A DNA stretch of 62,792 nt, filler included, from Hausera hauseri (Eukaryota), in the NCBI GenBank assembly GCA_046269625.1. It is 12 parts of 12 records of this genome, joined end to end, with 100 filler letters (N's around TTAATTAATTAA, not from the genome) between each part and the next. Parts side by side here need not be neighbours in the genome. Positions count along the whole stretch, not along the records: positions 49,090 to 54,426 come from JBJURY010276062.1; positions 54,527 to 58,673 come from JBJURY010735321.1; positions 58,774 to 62,792 come from JBJURY010815198.1; 9 more parts are not named here. One strand, given 5' to 3'. A model generated the notes under the pieces. That model saw nothing but the letters and a program-made list of their open reading frames with translations, had not been told where the DNA came from and made no database searches. The position numbers and the translations under genes are program-made. Below are positions 49,929-62,792 of this stretch, piece by piece (the first letter of the stretch is position 1; each line of letters begins with the position of its first letter).

Positions 49929-52900
49929 ATGTACTTTGTCAGATCTCACGATACCACAGTAATCATAAACATGTCTCATCATTCCGGAATTATGCATTAC
50001 TGTCCCTGGTTATGTGATGACACGTCTCGCGATATCTGAATAAATTATAATTTCTGTGAGGACAGATCTTATGGTACAATGAGTATTGCACTATATCCTG
50101 GGACGACAGTTCCGGAGTTTCAGGAAAATGTATGATAATCTGAGATTAGTGATATAACGATTACCGAGTTATGAACTCCATTCTGGAATTAACATGCCTC
50201 ACGATTCCCGCTTGACATTCTGGGATGACAGATCTCATGAACTTGAATTTGAGTCACGACTTTCTGGTGATGACAGAACTTACTGCAATCAACTAATGCA
50301 TACCGACATCTCGCTTCATTCCGGACTAATGCTCGATATTCTGGGATAACAGATCTCATGATATCGCATTCCTGGCACGTTCTGGAATAATAAATATTGC
50401 GGTGACGTTGCATTTCACAACGTTGTGGAATACCATATCTCATATTCCTGAATAATATTTGAAGAAATACATCTGGATATCTGAATAAATCAGGACGATC
50501 TAGGATGAGAGTTTACTGTAAACACGTAATGCACGACGTTCAGTTTTGACAGGTCTCAAATTTCACGAATAATACACAAAATTCTGGGATGACTGATTCC
50601 TAAAAATAAACAGTATTCTACAATAACACATCTCATGATTCCTGATTACTGTCCAAATATGTACTTTGTCAGATCTCACGATACCACAGTAATGAGAAAC
50701 ATATCTCATCGTTCCCGAATTTTGCATTGCTTGTCCCTGGTTATGCGATGGCAGGTCTCGCGATATCTGAATAAATCTTAATTTCTGTGAGGACAGATCT
50801 TATGGTACACTGAGTATTGCACCACATCCTGCGACGACAGTTCTTGAGATTCAGGAAAATGTATGAGATTCTGAGATGAGTGTGGAAAAATAAATATAAT
50901 GATTCCTAATTAGTTCTCTAGGTTCTGGCATGACAGATTTCATGAACTTTAATTCAGTCACGAATTTCTGGGGATGACAGGACTTACTGCAGCCGACTAA
51001 TGCACAGTGATATCTCGCTTTCATTCCGGTAAGAAGTCGCGACATTTGAATAAACGTCTATCATTAACCAGTAATAATGGTAATTGACATTCCAAAATAT
51101 CACTAATATCGTTATTCCTGATTAATGCTCAAGTGTCTGGGATGACAGATCTCGTTATATATGAATATGTCATACCGTTCTGGGATGATTTCTGAGTAAT
51201 GCCAGATTCTCTGGAATGATGATCTTGTAATATCTGAGTAATGCATCATGACGTTCTGGAAAAGGAAATGCTAAAATTTTGGAATGACATGTCTCTTGAT
51301 TGCTGGTTAAATCTGTGAGATTATGGAATGATTGATCTGATGATATTTTAATATTGAAACCTTAATCATCGATCATGCTATTTCCTATCTTTGAATAGCC
51401 TGTATTATTCAGTAATTGTGAGTACTCTTATAACAGAATCTCGCGTGTTAATCGGGTATGTGAAGAACTGTTATTCCAGAATGTTGTTCATTTCTTAAGC
51501 TTCATTGAATCTTCCATGCCAGAATATATGATATCATTTGGGTACATAAGACCTCTCAGATATAATGAGATTTGTCAACCCAGGAATCAAGAATCATGAG
51601 TTATTTGATGTGGAATGTTTTGTGCATTATCCAGATACAATAAGATCCCAGAACCTCGAGCGTTACTCGGGTATCGTGAGAGATGTTATTCCATAATGTT
51701 GTGTATTACTCGGATTCCATGAGATCTCTCATCACAGAACGTCATGAATTTTTTCATATATAATGCGATTTTCTTTGAGGTTTTCGTACGTACTCTGGTA
51801 TATTTGGGGCTATCTCGAACATTTCTAGAATCTTATTAGATCTCTTATGTCAGAAGATTACTCCGGAATCGTTAGATCGCTCATAACATTATCTCGTGTA
51901 TACGACATTCTGGAATGACATATCTCATGAACTGTAATTTAGTCACGACTTTCTGGGGATGAGAGAACTTACTGCAGCCGACTAATGCACAGGGACAACT
52001 CGCTTCATTCCGGAGTAATGTTCGATATTCTGGGATAACAGATCTCATGATATCGTATTCCTGGCACGTTCTGGAATAATAAATATTGCGGTGACGTTGC
52101 AATTCACAACGTTTTGGAAAACCATATCTCATTTTGCTGAATAATATTTGAGGTTTTGAGAGGACATACATCTGGATATCTGAATAAATCAGGACTTTCT
52201 AGGATGAGAGTTTACTGTAAACACGTAACGCACGACGTTCAGTTTTGACAAGTCTAAAAATTCCCGACTATACAAAATTCTGGGATTACTGATTCCTTAG
52301 AAATAAACAGTATTCTACAAAACAAATCTCATCATTCCTGATTACTGTCCAAATATGTCTCATCGTTCTGAAATTATGCATCCATTAATGTCCATGGTTA
52401 AGTGATGACAGGTCTCGCAAATTCTGAATAAATCATAATTTCAGTGAAGACAGATCTTATGGTACAATGAGTATTGCACTACATCCTGGGACGACAGTTG
52501 TCGAGATTCAGGAAAATGTATGAGAATCTGAGATGAGTGATATCACGATTCCCGAGTTATGAACTCCATTCTGGAATTAACATGTCTCATGATTCCTGAG
52601 TAGTGCTCGACATTCTAGGATGAGACATCACGTTGTACCGGAATACATTTCCATGTGGAAAAATATATATCATGATAAATGATTAGTTCTCTACGTTCTG
52701 GCATGACAGATCTCATGAACTTTAATTGAGTCACGAATTTCTGGGGATGACAGAACTTACTGCAAGCGACTAATGCACAGCGACAACTCGCTTCATTCCG
52801 GAGTAATGCCCGATATTCTGGGATAACAGATCTCATGATATGGCATTCCTGGCAAGTTCTGGAATAATAAATATTACGGTGACGTTGCATTTCACAACGT

Positions 52901-52996
52901 TTTGGAATACCATATCTCATATTTCTAAATAATATTTGAGGTTCTGAGAAGACGTACATCTGGATATCTGAATAAATCAGGACGTTCTAAGATGAG
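49929..52996. repeat. Complex satellite: ~40-bp subunits in a ~730-bp higher-order unit, with an inverted block
   Basis: Unit restarts at 49929 and 50659. Recurring TTCTGGGATGACAGATCTCATGA. The reverse-complement form appears at about 51430-51860. Confidence 0.85.
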
Positions 52997-54426
52997 TGTC
53001 TTTCACTAAATATCTTAATTTGGGCGCCTGTGTCTACGATAATTCTGACGCGTACCTTTTCAAAATATATGATGCAGGAACTTGGGTCCGAAGGTAACAT
53101 TAATCTCATACGTTCGTTTCTTCTGATTCCGTAATGAATGTTCTGGAACACTATTTCGTTGTTCGAATGCAGCATTTGGTTGAGAGGAATCGTAATTGAG
53201 ACCTGATGTGCTCTGATCAATCTTCTTATTTCGAGACTGTGGGCTGTTCTGGAAACTAGCTGGGCGGGTGGGAAATCTATGGAAGGACTGGCCATGGGAT
53301 TGTGTGCTTCGGGACTCATGAGGACTGGGTGGGGCGATTCTTCTTGTAGCGTTCATCGGGATAGATGGGCCATCATGTAACTCCACTCGGTGTAACCGTG
53401 GTGGACTCTCCTATATCCATGGACTCTTCGTCTGGTCTCACATTCGCATTTCTCTTCAGCTCTCCATGTGGGCTTCCTACATTATCGTTCACCTTCAATC
53501 GCTTATTGGCCTTCGCTTTCTTAGAACACGGAAAACCTGGCTGCTTTTTGCTAACAAATCGATTCTGCTTGACCTTTACTGACTTATTTCCTTGTGAAAA
53601 TCTGCTTACATTCCTCTTTTGACTCTTTTTCTGTCGAAAACTAACATTTCGTTTCGGAAAGCCTGCCTCCTTTTGTGTCCCTAACCGCCGGAGGTTTATT
53701 TCGGAAAGGGTCTCTCGTTTTCCAAATTCGACTGTTGTCTATTTTCCTCAGTTAGTGTCCCATTTTCCTTCTTGGAAAACTTTGCAAAATGCCCAACTTT
53801 GCCACACCGAAAACAATTTTTCGTTTGTGCAACATCTCTGTCAGCTTCTTTGGGGAATTCTCTTCCAGTTCTACAATCTCTAATCTTGTGACCAAACTGA
53901 CCACATTTAAAACATTGTATGTGACTCAGCATTTCCTGAACTAGCTTCTGACTAGGCCGTGTATACTCTTCGTAACTGCCTCGTTTCACTGTTCTATCAA
54001 TCCTCCTGTGCCTTAACTGGTCAACTTCCATAGGATCCTGTCTGTCAACTACACTCTCTCTGCCAAATCTCATATCTACTCGCTTTGAGAAGTTTGCCTC
54101 ATCGACTGCAATCTGGATAGCCTCATATATAGAAGAGGGTTCATCCTTCATTAGCTTAATACGTGTGCGCTTGCACCGGAGACCATCCGTAAAAATAGGT
54201 ACCAGTGTCTTGCTGATAGTCTCTGACGAAAGATGCAATGTATCGTACGCAGATTCCTTCATATTTAATAATCTTCTCCGTACATCTGCGGAAGCTCGTC
54301 TTTGTCCTGGCGGATACGTCGTTAAGCCGTAATTGCACACTGCATGTCGGTAACTTCTGCATATCTACTAGCTAATGTTTTCTTCAGTTCTTCCCATGTC
54401 TCATTCGGATGTGACTGCAATCTTCT
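52997..54426 (-). pseudogene. gag: Ty3/gypsy gag with two CCHC knuckles plus the protease start, cut by the satellite
   Basis: FTDGL, PMEVD, CFKCGQFGHKIRDC, CFRCGKVGHFAKFS (last C lost), RIIVDTGAQI. Confidence 0.85.
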
Positions 54427-54526
54427 NNNNNNNNNNNNNNNNNNNNNNNNNNNNNNNNNNNNNNNNNNNNTTAATTAATTAANNNNNNNNNNNNNNNNNN
54501 NNNNNNNNNNNNNNNNNNNNNNNNNN

Positions 54527-54745
54527 ATCCTAAAACTATATCGGTGCACTATTTAGAAATAATAAATTCGGCTAGTGTACGAAAAATAAAGAATTATTTT
54601 TTAATTATTATCACAAATTACCTTTTCGTTATATAAAGTCTTATGATAAATATTTGTCATAATAATTAAAAAATAATTCTTTATTTTTCGTACACTGTAG
54701 CCGAATTTATCATTTCTAAATAGTGCACCGATATAGTTTTAGGAT
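54527..54745. mobile_element. Fold-back/MITE with ~85-bp inverted arms (left end cut by the contig edge)
   Basis: ATCCTAAAACTATATCGGTGCACTATTTAGAAAT... versus ...ATTTCTAAATAGTGCACCGATATAGTTTTAGGAT. Confidence 0.8.
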
Positions 54746-55095
54746 ACTAATCAAGATACACACCGCCAAATCATCTGCGAACCAGTGATTACTTTTATTT
54801 TTTTACATTTTTACTTCTGTTTGGTGAGTCTTAATGAAATATAATAAATTTAGTAAAGATATTTCCAACAAAACTGCTAATTTATGTTCAGAGCTACTAA
54901 AATGTAATTATTTTTATTTATTTTATGTCTTTTTATTTAGGCACTCAATAAAATGTTAAAACTAACAAGTTGAAAATTTCGAAAACTGCTTTATTTTTCA
55001 CAAATTATTAGCATTCAAGAAAGTGTTTGTTTTTGTTATTTTTAACGTTTTCCAGAATTTAGTTTAATCAACTCGAAAATTGCCAGCCGAAACGA

Positions 55096-55580
55096 CGAAA
55101 TACGTTACAAAAGTCTCTGAAAATTATTTGGTGCTGTAGAAAAAGGATCTAATTCAGAAAGTACGAATTAAAAAAATTAATGGAGATAAAGAATATGGAA
55201 TTGTTGCATTACAAAAAATTGACGTAGTTTATTTTGGGGTTAATTTGTGTTTACATAAATGAAATTAGAAGTACGAAAATATCATTAGAATTCCAGACAA
55301 ACTCGTGATTACTGAATGTGAAGCATATAATTCGTTTTTGGAAAAGTTTTTAAATGCAAATATCTTGACAAAGTCATTACGCAACTTGGGACTTGCGTTA
55401 TACGTTATCAATGAATGTCACAATGAGAAATCGGTTCATCAGAACTATATTGGTTTGGTTTATTATAGTTTTGATGAAATAAATAGTGTATTTTGTAGAC
55501 TGTTTGCCGTTAGTTATGAATACCGTTGTTTATTTGACACAGGTGTATATTAAACTTTTGCAGCATTCCCAATATTTCGG
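55096..55580 (+). pseudogene. SETD3: SETD3-like SET-domain methyltransferase exons, probably disabled
   Basis: EYGIVALQKI..IIRIPDKLVITECEAYNSFL..NLGLALYVINE..SVHQNYI..CLP..NTVVY resembles SETD3 GFGLRATRDI..VPRKLLMTVESAKNSVL..NIALAFHLLCE..SFWQPYI.TLP. Introns about 45 nt. In-frame stop upstream. Confidence 0.6.
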
Positions 55581-56701
55581 TGAGTACGTTGTGTGTGTGT
55601 GTGTGTTTCGATATTTGTTCCATCATTTGAAATGGATGGGTTTGTTTTTACATGTGCCGATTTGTGTTCCGTGTTTGGTTTTGAAAGAAATGCGGGACCT
55701 TTGATAGTGTGTTTATTAAATATTGATACATTAATTGGCACTTGCTCTGTATTCACCCGTGAATATAATCACAGTAGATTTTTATATATCCTAAAATTGC
55801 TTTTCATTTTTTGATGAGTTTATTCTTTGGCTTATGTGTCACCATTTATGTACCATTGATGTCTCATCTAATTCAAAAGTAAAGTTGTTAGTTTTGCACA
55901 AGAGCCAAGATTTTACAGTCTATATGTTACTTAAACATTTATAAGATCATTGCGGTGGTCTTTATGTGTTTTGCGTGTTCATTTCTGTATGATCCCAAAT
56001 CTCTACTCGCATTGTTCTCAAAGTTGTGTCGTTGATATCACTGTATGCATTGACAAAATTTACGAAAAGTAGAGGAGAAACCAATTTGATTGGCGTCGAT
56101 TAATAGAGTTCTCACAAATCAATGAGTGTATATTTATAATGTATAGTCTATGTTTAAATATTAAAGTCAGGAACAATAAAATCTTGATAAAATACGGAGG
56201 AGGGATCATTTCTAACTGTCACACTGGTTTTTTTATAACAAATAGTCAGAGAGGTGCAAAATATAATGCAGAGTAATAATATGAAAAAACGCCGAGAAAG
56301 CCAAAATAGTGCAACTGGAGCCTTTAAATGTAACAGCATTTCGCACTTGGTCAAATCCCCAAATACGTTTATAATAAGATTGTGTGTAATGCAATTATTA
56401 ATGTGTGTATGGCTGTTGTAATTACGTATTCATGCCCAAAACACACATTAATAATTGCATTACATACAATCTTACTATAAGAAATATAAAGAACAATGTC
56501 AACTATAAACGAACTGAATTTCACTAGTACATTTTTATTTGCTTTGTCATTCATTCGTATTTTTATTTTTAGCTTCATTCTGAAATTCTAATAACTTCTC
56601 ATGTTATCTGATTCTATTAATAATAATGAAAATCCAGATACTTCACAGTGTCATGGTATATCTAACGTTCTGTGTAATTAAATTAGATATATTTTTATTA
56701 G

Positions 56702-57390
56702 ATTTAGATGGTTCTAGTGACAGTAATAATCATAAAGTGACACATGATTTAGATGCGGATGAACAGTCGCTTTTGAAGGGTAGTTCGATAAATAATAAAC
56801 GTAAACGTGGCAGAACCGCTAAATTAACAAAACAAAAGAATATGTCGAATGGTACTGATAGTGCTAGAAAACGTGGCAGACCGAAAAAAAATTGTTGCAA
56901 ATGACGGTGAAAATCAAGAGGGTTCGCTTAATGGTGATGAAACTGACAAGAATCACGATGGAGTGGTGAGTAATGATATTCAAAATTTTGAAATTAATAA
57001 TATAAAGAAAAGAAGCGTGGAAGACCGTCGAAAATAAGTCGAATCGACGAGTCCAACAACAGAGCCAAATCGCCATTTGATTCCGTAACACCGATAAAAC
57101 GTGGCATGCCGAAAATGGACAATAACCAAACAGAAGACTCCAATGACGATGTTGAATCCGAAAGCGATCTGAAAAGCCCAACAAAGCAACACAAACCACC
57201 ACGAGTTTCAGTTATTTCGGACAGTGAAACTCCGAAGAAAGTCGATCGACCAAAGATGACATCAACTGTCCGTTTGACAGACCGGCCGAAGTTGCTGACA
57301 GGACATTTATCTAGTCCTCGGAAAAGAGGACGACCGCGATGAGATAAATCTCAAAGGAGTAGCAGTGTATCAGTCAGTGAACGGGAATAA
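56702..57390 (+). pseudogene. Multi-AT-hook acidic/basic exon, frameshifted
   Basis: KRGRTAK, KRGRPKK, KRGRPSK, KRGMPK and KRGRPR motifs spread over shifting frames. Confidence 0.65.
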
Positions 57391-58773
57391 TCTTGGTGCA
57401 TAAAATGAATGGCGATTGACGTTGTTTCTTATTGTGAATTGCTTTTGTGTAAATTGTATCTTCTATCTTTATTGAATTGTGTGCAATTTTTTTCTCGATA
57501 TTAAATTTATGTATTATTGTTATTGCGATGTAGTTATTGGAGATCGTTCGCTATTTCTGACTAATTTATTCAACGATTTGAATTATAATCCGTTCTTCTA
57601 TATTGATTCTGTTGCACTTAACACAATGATACCCATTGAAAAGATTTATGATCTGTTGGAAACTTTTATTGCAACTACAACACTGGCATTTGCCTGACAT
57701 TTCTTTAAAATTTGGCGTTTATACTATATTTTCCACGATTATCACACTTTTCATTTGCCCGCGTGCATTTGCTGTTTTATGGAATTACAACGTAATGTAA
57801 ATCATATGAAATATATTCCATTTTGCCATTAACGACAAAACAGTGACTGCGTACTAGTCGTCAAAAAGGTACAAAAGACAACTGCTAAGAAGTAATACAA
57901 TTGTTTATATTATTGTTCATACATAACAACAAACACTTTTCTCAACAATATGATCAGAGCACCCTTTTTTTCAGATATAACAAGACAAAACAGGTTTATT
58001 TTTTGCAATTAAAATCACTGATTTTGTGGTTCTACTTTAGAAATTTTTGCAAGGACGTTTGTGATATTTTTCCTTTGTAAACTCCTGGTTGTTTTTAAAT
58101 CAAACACTTAAGTATTTTTACTTAAAACCCAAGTTTAAAATTCTAGAGACTGAGCACATTCATTTCCACATTAAATTAGGATTTTGGAGATATTTATATA
58201 CTATAGCACATGGTGAATTGAAAACAATCTACTGAGGTAATAATATCTCCCTAAATACAAACAATTAATCTGAAGCTCATCATTCCCGTATTTCTGCATG
58301 CAGGCAAAAAAAAAAAAAAAATGAAATTAACTGGCAAGCTACAAATAAAAGTAGAAATAAATGAAGCACAGTTCTACAGAAAGATCATTGGAATATCATA
58401 CATGGATCGTGTTACAAATATGAAGTAAATTACGTTATAAAAGATCTACAACAGCAATGTTGTTGTTGGTTGATCCCTACATTACCGAGAGTCAGCTCTT
58501 CTGGATGAGCCATGTGAAGGGCTGTTGCATACCTAAGAAGAGCTATGAAGGAGGGTAGGTGAGATTTCCATCTGTCACGGTGGTGTCCAGGAGGTGGACC
58601 GAGGTCCTCCGAGCTTTATTGCGATGTTTGGACTTGTAGAAGTGATCCACCACTCAACTGGGGACATTCTCGANNNNNNNNNNNNNNNNNNNNNNNNNNN
58701 NNNNNNNNNNNNNNNNNTTAATTAATTAANNNNNNNNNNNNNNNNNNNNNNNNNNNNNNNNNNNNNNNNNNNN

Positions 58774-61163
58774 CTCCTCAACCAGACATGGGTTAAAGCT
58801 CTTAAGAATATCCAGCTACCACGTACGACCACTGAAATGCGCAGCTTTTTTGGTACACTACACTTTGTACATAAATATGTACCATATTTCTCTAAATTGA
58901 CAGCACCATTTGCACACTTAAGCGGTGACAAAAAACATCAGCCAATCCATTGGACACCTGAGTTCGTTGTCAAGTTTGATAAGCTACGCGAAAAAATTAA
59001 TACCGTCGACATTCTCGCCTTCCCCAAGCCTGATGCAGAATTCATCCTTACTACATACGCTTCAACCACTGCAGTAGGTGCTGTACTTCACCAAATCCAC
59101 AAAGATGAAAATCAACCACTAGAATTTTTCTCTTGCAAGCTAACATCCCCTGAAACTAGATATTTAACGTTCGATCGAGAATTATTGGCAATCGTTCTTG
59201 CTTTAAAGCATTTCTCCCACCTACTTGTCGCTCGCCACTTTACTATACAGGCCGATCACAAACCCTTACTTAACATCATGAATATGAAATATCCTTCCGT
59301 ACGCCAAGAATGACAGATATAATATTTGTCGACATTTAACTTCGACATAAAACAAATTAACGGGGTTAATAATTTGGTTGCCGATTTTTTATCTAGGTTC
59401 GTTAGTGTGATTAATTTCTCACCGATTTTTATGCTAGCTCAACTTCAACAGAATCAGCCACCTCAAAACATGCTTAATTCTTTCAAGTCTTGAATAGTCG
59501 TTGACGGCGTGGCTTTAGACACTTCCAAAACAGGTAATTCCTTAATAATCCTTGCACTACCGTTGCAAAGGCAAGCATTTAATAGTGTTTATTCGCTACA
59601 TTACCCTGGTGCTAAAGCCACTTTTCGTTTACTCCACCGACAAGTAATTTGGCCGTCAGTGCGTTCCGATGTGCAGGCATGGGTTAAGGAGTGTGTAGCG
59701 TGCCAAAAATACAAAACAACTAAACATCTAAAGCTACCTCTATTCCAATTCCCCTGAACATCGCGTTTTGAATCCGTACATATTGACATCGTTGGCCCTC
59801 TTTCTCCAGACAACGGTCATCAATTCATTCACACTATGATGGACCATTCCTCGCGATGACCAGAAGCCATCCCTCTGCGGAGCACATGTAACGATACTAT
59901 AGCTGACGTTTTCATCCGTACATGGATTAGCAGGTTTGGATCACCTCGCTTCATCATCACGGACCAGGGTCCACAGTTTGAATCCAACCTTTATAAATCC
60001 CTCGTTAACCGATTGGGGATCCACCACATACATACTACGCCTTATCACCCTCAATCGAATGGCCTTTAAGAACGTTTCCACGGAACATTGAAAACGTCAC
60101 TAAGAATTCTGGCAGAGTCCAACACTAGTTGGACGAATCCTCTTCCGTTTGTTCTACTCGGCTGGCGGAACACTCCGTCCACATCTACAGGATGCTCACC
60201 TACTGAAGCCTTATTCGAAGGTCCTGTACGATCATTATTCGAACTAACTGCCCTGGATGACACTCCTATAAATGAAATGATACGGGCGGCACAAAATCAC
60301 TTTGTTACGGTCAGCAAAGATTCGTTCTGCAGGTTATTTCATAAAAACAAAACATATTTACCGAAGATTTGTATTCGGCAAAATTCGTATGGCTAAAAAA
60401 TTAAACAGTGCGGGATTTAGCCGCGGTATCTGGAGCCCAATAAACTGATGCAAATGCATTCACATAACGCTATTATTTCTAAATACGGCAAAGAACTTAC
60501 AGTGCATATCACCAACTTAAAGCCCGCCTTCTTTTGTCGACGACATTTCACCAATAGACACGTCAACCTCTTTTCTCACTCCCATACTTCCTGTTATTCC
60601 TATATCTATTGCTACATCCGTTTCACCTCCTCCTTCTGCTCCTAGTTTTGCATCATCATTTTCTACACCTTCTACTTCTATTCCTATCTCTTCCTATCTC
60701 TACCCTCTTTCCGTTTTATTTTCTACTTCTACTCTTTCGCGTAATACAATTTCAACCTCTACTCCAATTTTCATCTCTCCTCCTTCATTCGCCATTACAC
60801 CTTTTATCACTCTTTCGCTTTCTAACACTCTCTTGAATACATGTAACTATTCGTCTCCACCAATCTCTGTTGCTTCTTTACCTTCTCCTTCTCTTCATTC
60901 TGACTCGTCTTTGCATGACACAACACTTATAACAAAATACGACAATTTTTTTCCACAACTTCAAACTCTGAAAACAAACACACCGCATACAAACAAACCA
61001 CGCAGAGTCACATTTAGCATGTATAGCAGTGAAAAATCAATAAAAGGCACCGAACGTCTTGTTCACACTAAAACCAACTGACAGACACTTTTTCGTTTGG
61101 TGTTTTTTTTCTTTCTGTACCTTTTACTCTTAATAGTTTTAACTTTGCCACAGGAGAGGGTGA
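58774..61163 (+). pseudogene. pol: Ty3/gypsy CsRn1-like pol 3' part (RT end, RNase H, IN, long S/P-rich tail, PPT)
   Basis: FDRELLAIVLALKHF, DHKPL, HYPGAKAT..C..C, VHIDIVGP, TDQGPQFES, TTPYHPQSNG. Purine-rich tract AGGAGAGGGTGA before TGTGG at 61164. Confidence 0.9.
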
Positions 61164-62792
61164 TGTGGCGCCCATCGCGGCCGGTGCGCTCTGGCCTATT
61201 TGGTTAAGCACGGCCGGGCGTCCGCTGTGGCCGTGTCGGATCAATAGTCGGACCCGATTCCTCGTATTAAGAATTAAATACAGTTGCAAGTCCGTTTATC
61301 AGAATGAGTATTCATAAATAAACTCTAGTAAAATGACAGGAGTCCAATAGGTTTTGCAATTTAACTCTGTCTAATTCAAGCAGGTGGTCTGGTCTGATTG
61401 TCAGACAAACTTCAATATCACCAGATGACTCGTGGTTTTATTCATACGACTTTTGTTACCCTTTGTTCGTCATGGCTAGTCGGACGTTTAGCCACCCCTG
61501 ATCGGGATCTTTACATTTCTTGTACGGTACACATGGACGTATCCGATAAACCACATAATAATTTTCACGATGCACATCACTGACTTTCGTAACATTTAAA
61601 CTTAAGAAGGTTACCTGACTCCTTATTTTCAACATTCGAACGGTCCATATCACTTACCTTATCAAAATGCACACCAGTTTTAAGTTCAACCGTGTGCTTC
61701 AAATTTCAACAACTTCCAAAAAACTCGGAATCAAACCGCACCACCGAAACAGATTACAATACAGATGTAGTCTACGAATAACTATATCGCTGGTCAAGTA
61801 CCACTACCGAACTCCACTGACTTACTAACAAACTCTAAGTTCCAATACGATAACATCAATCGCCCAATACTCATTAAAATACAACTACTGAAGCGAAAAA
61901 TGCTGTTAACGTTTCTACCACATCAAACAATCTCTCTCCTACTCAGTCAGTTCAATTCCAAGACATATCAACATCACAGCCAATTGGTTTTGTCCATTCA
62001 GTGCCACCTCAATTGTCTTCGCTGTTTTCATTCCAGCTAATATTCATTTCACCGTCAATATATAATCCACGAACAAAGGATACAATATTTCTATTGACTG
62101 CAAACATTTCCAATTCCGGTCAAACGATCTCAGCAACTCAATCACCGAAATTGGTATTATTCTGTCCAACAGCTTCCAACAATCAGAACCTCACGAATAC
62201 ATCAAATATCATTAATCAAAATCAGAAATATCTCAGATAAAGTTTATCAGAAACTGGTCTATTACCAGTAGCAATGAACCAAATGGAAATTGTTTTCATT
62301 GTCTAACTTTTCTCAAAATCACACAACGCAAGGTCCTGATTTGAAAGCAATTCGTTCCCTAATGACTCTGCCAAATCAAATACTCGCTGGTGCGTCTTAC
62401 AATATATTTGGCCTATTTTCTACATGAATTTTTACAGCAGTCTAAATCGATTTTCAGCCACACTGTTTCGTGGATCGGTTACAACATCGTCATTGTTTCT
62501 TCATAACAAACTTCTGATTCTTGGAAATAATGTCGGTCACATTGGTCTTTGGTACTGAATTGCAGAATTCTATTTTTTTAAGAAAATATTCTATACATTG
62601 TGCGTATATGTCTGTAATTGTTGTTTTGTAGATTTCCTTATTTCTGGTCAAGTTTTATCCCTTTATTTCTGTGACTAACTGATTTTCTATTTTAAAGAAT
62701 TGATTTGTACGGTCAATTTCAACAAATCCTTTTGTCGGTCCGGTTCCAATGAAACACTATTCATATAGACGTTTTCTTCTGCCGGATTTACG

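Noticed and set aside
49929-52996. Repeat-spacer-like periodicity suggesting a CRISPR array, and repeated ORFs MRYGIP..
   Set aside because: The intervening sequences recur in higher-order units, the repeats are degenerate, there are no cas genes and the context is eukaryotic. The ORFs are translations of the satellite.
4707-58773. Regularly recurring TTAATTAATTAA within N-runs, and ORFs ending in X..LIN
   Set aside because: Artificial concatenation linkers. Gene neighbourhoods across them (for example polB next to RING) are not biological.

Overview
This window is not one locus. It is a concatenation of 12 short eukaryotic contigs joined by 100-bp artificial linkers (44 N + TTAATTAATTAA + 44 N): C1 1-4706, C2 4807-8828, C3 8929-13815, C4 13916-18816, C5 18917-23727, C6 23828-27846, C7 27947-32639, C8 32740-39364, C9 39465-48989, C10 49090-54426, C11 54527-58673, C12 58774-62792. 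Adjacency across linkers means nothing. Most DNA looks like an AT-rich invertebrate with ~40-nt introns, but C5 also carries a teleost-like RABL6 exon, so a fish-associated parasite with host DNA is a plausible inference. Decayed mobile elements dominate: Ty3/gypsy (several families), BEL/Pao, a Polinton/Maverick polB, mariner/Tc1 remnants, MITEs and a satellite. Host fragments include NUP35, SETD3-like, RING and permuted-papain-like sequences. The best candidate for an undescribed system is C9, a retrovirus-like Ty3/gypsy element with a chuvirus/gB-type (class III) glycoprotein UPSTREAM of pol. The two ORFs overlap at an in-phase U-UUU-UUA -1 slippery site followed by PSAP and LYPxnL late-domain motifs. 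After integrase the element continues into a second signal peptide and an ISG20/REX4-like exonuclease fold. The second highlight is that two unrelated LTR elements (BEL/Pao in C4, CsRn1-type gypsy in C8) both appear to carry a 76-aa ubiquitin(-like) domain in the N-terminal part of Gag, and the BEL element has CCCH fingers where CCHC knuckles are expected. The third is a gag-only LTR element (C5) whose predicted R region holds hairpins with an identical 9-nt loop. All homology calls are by-eye motif recognition; no database search was run.
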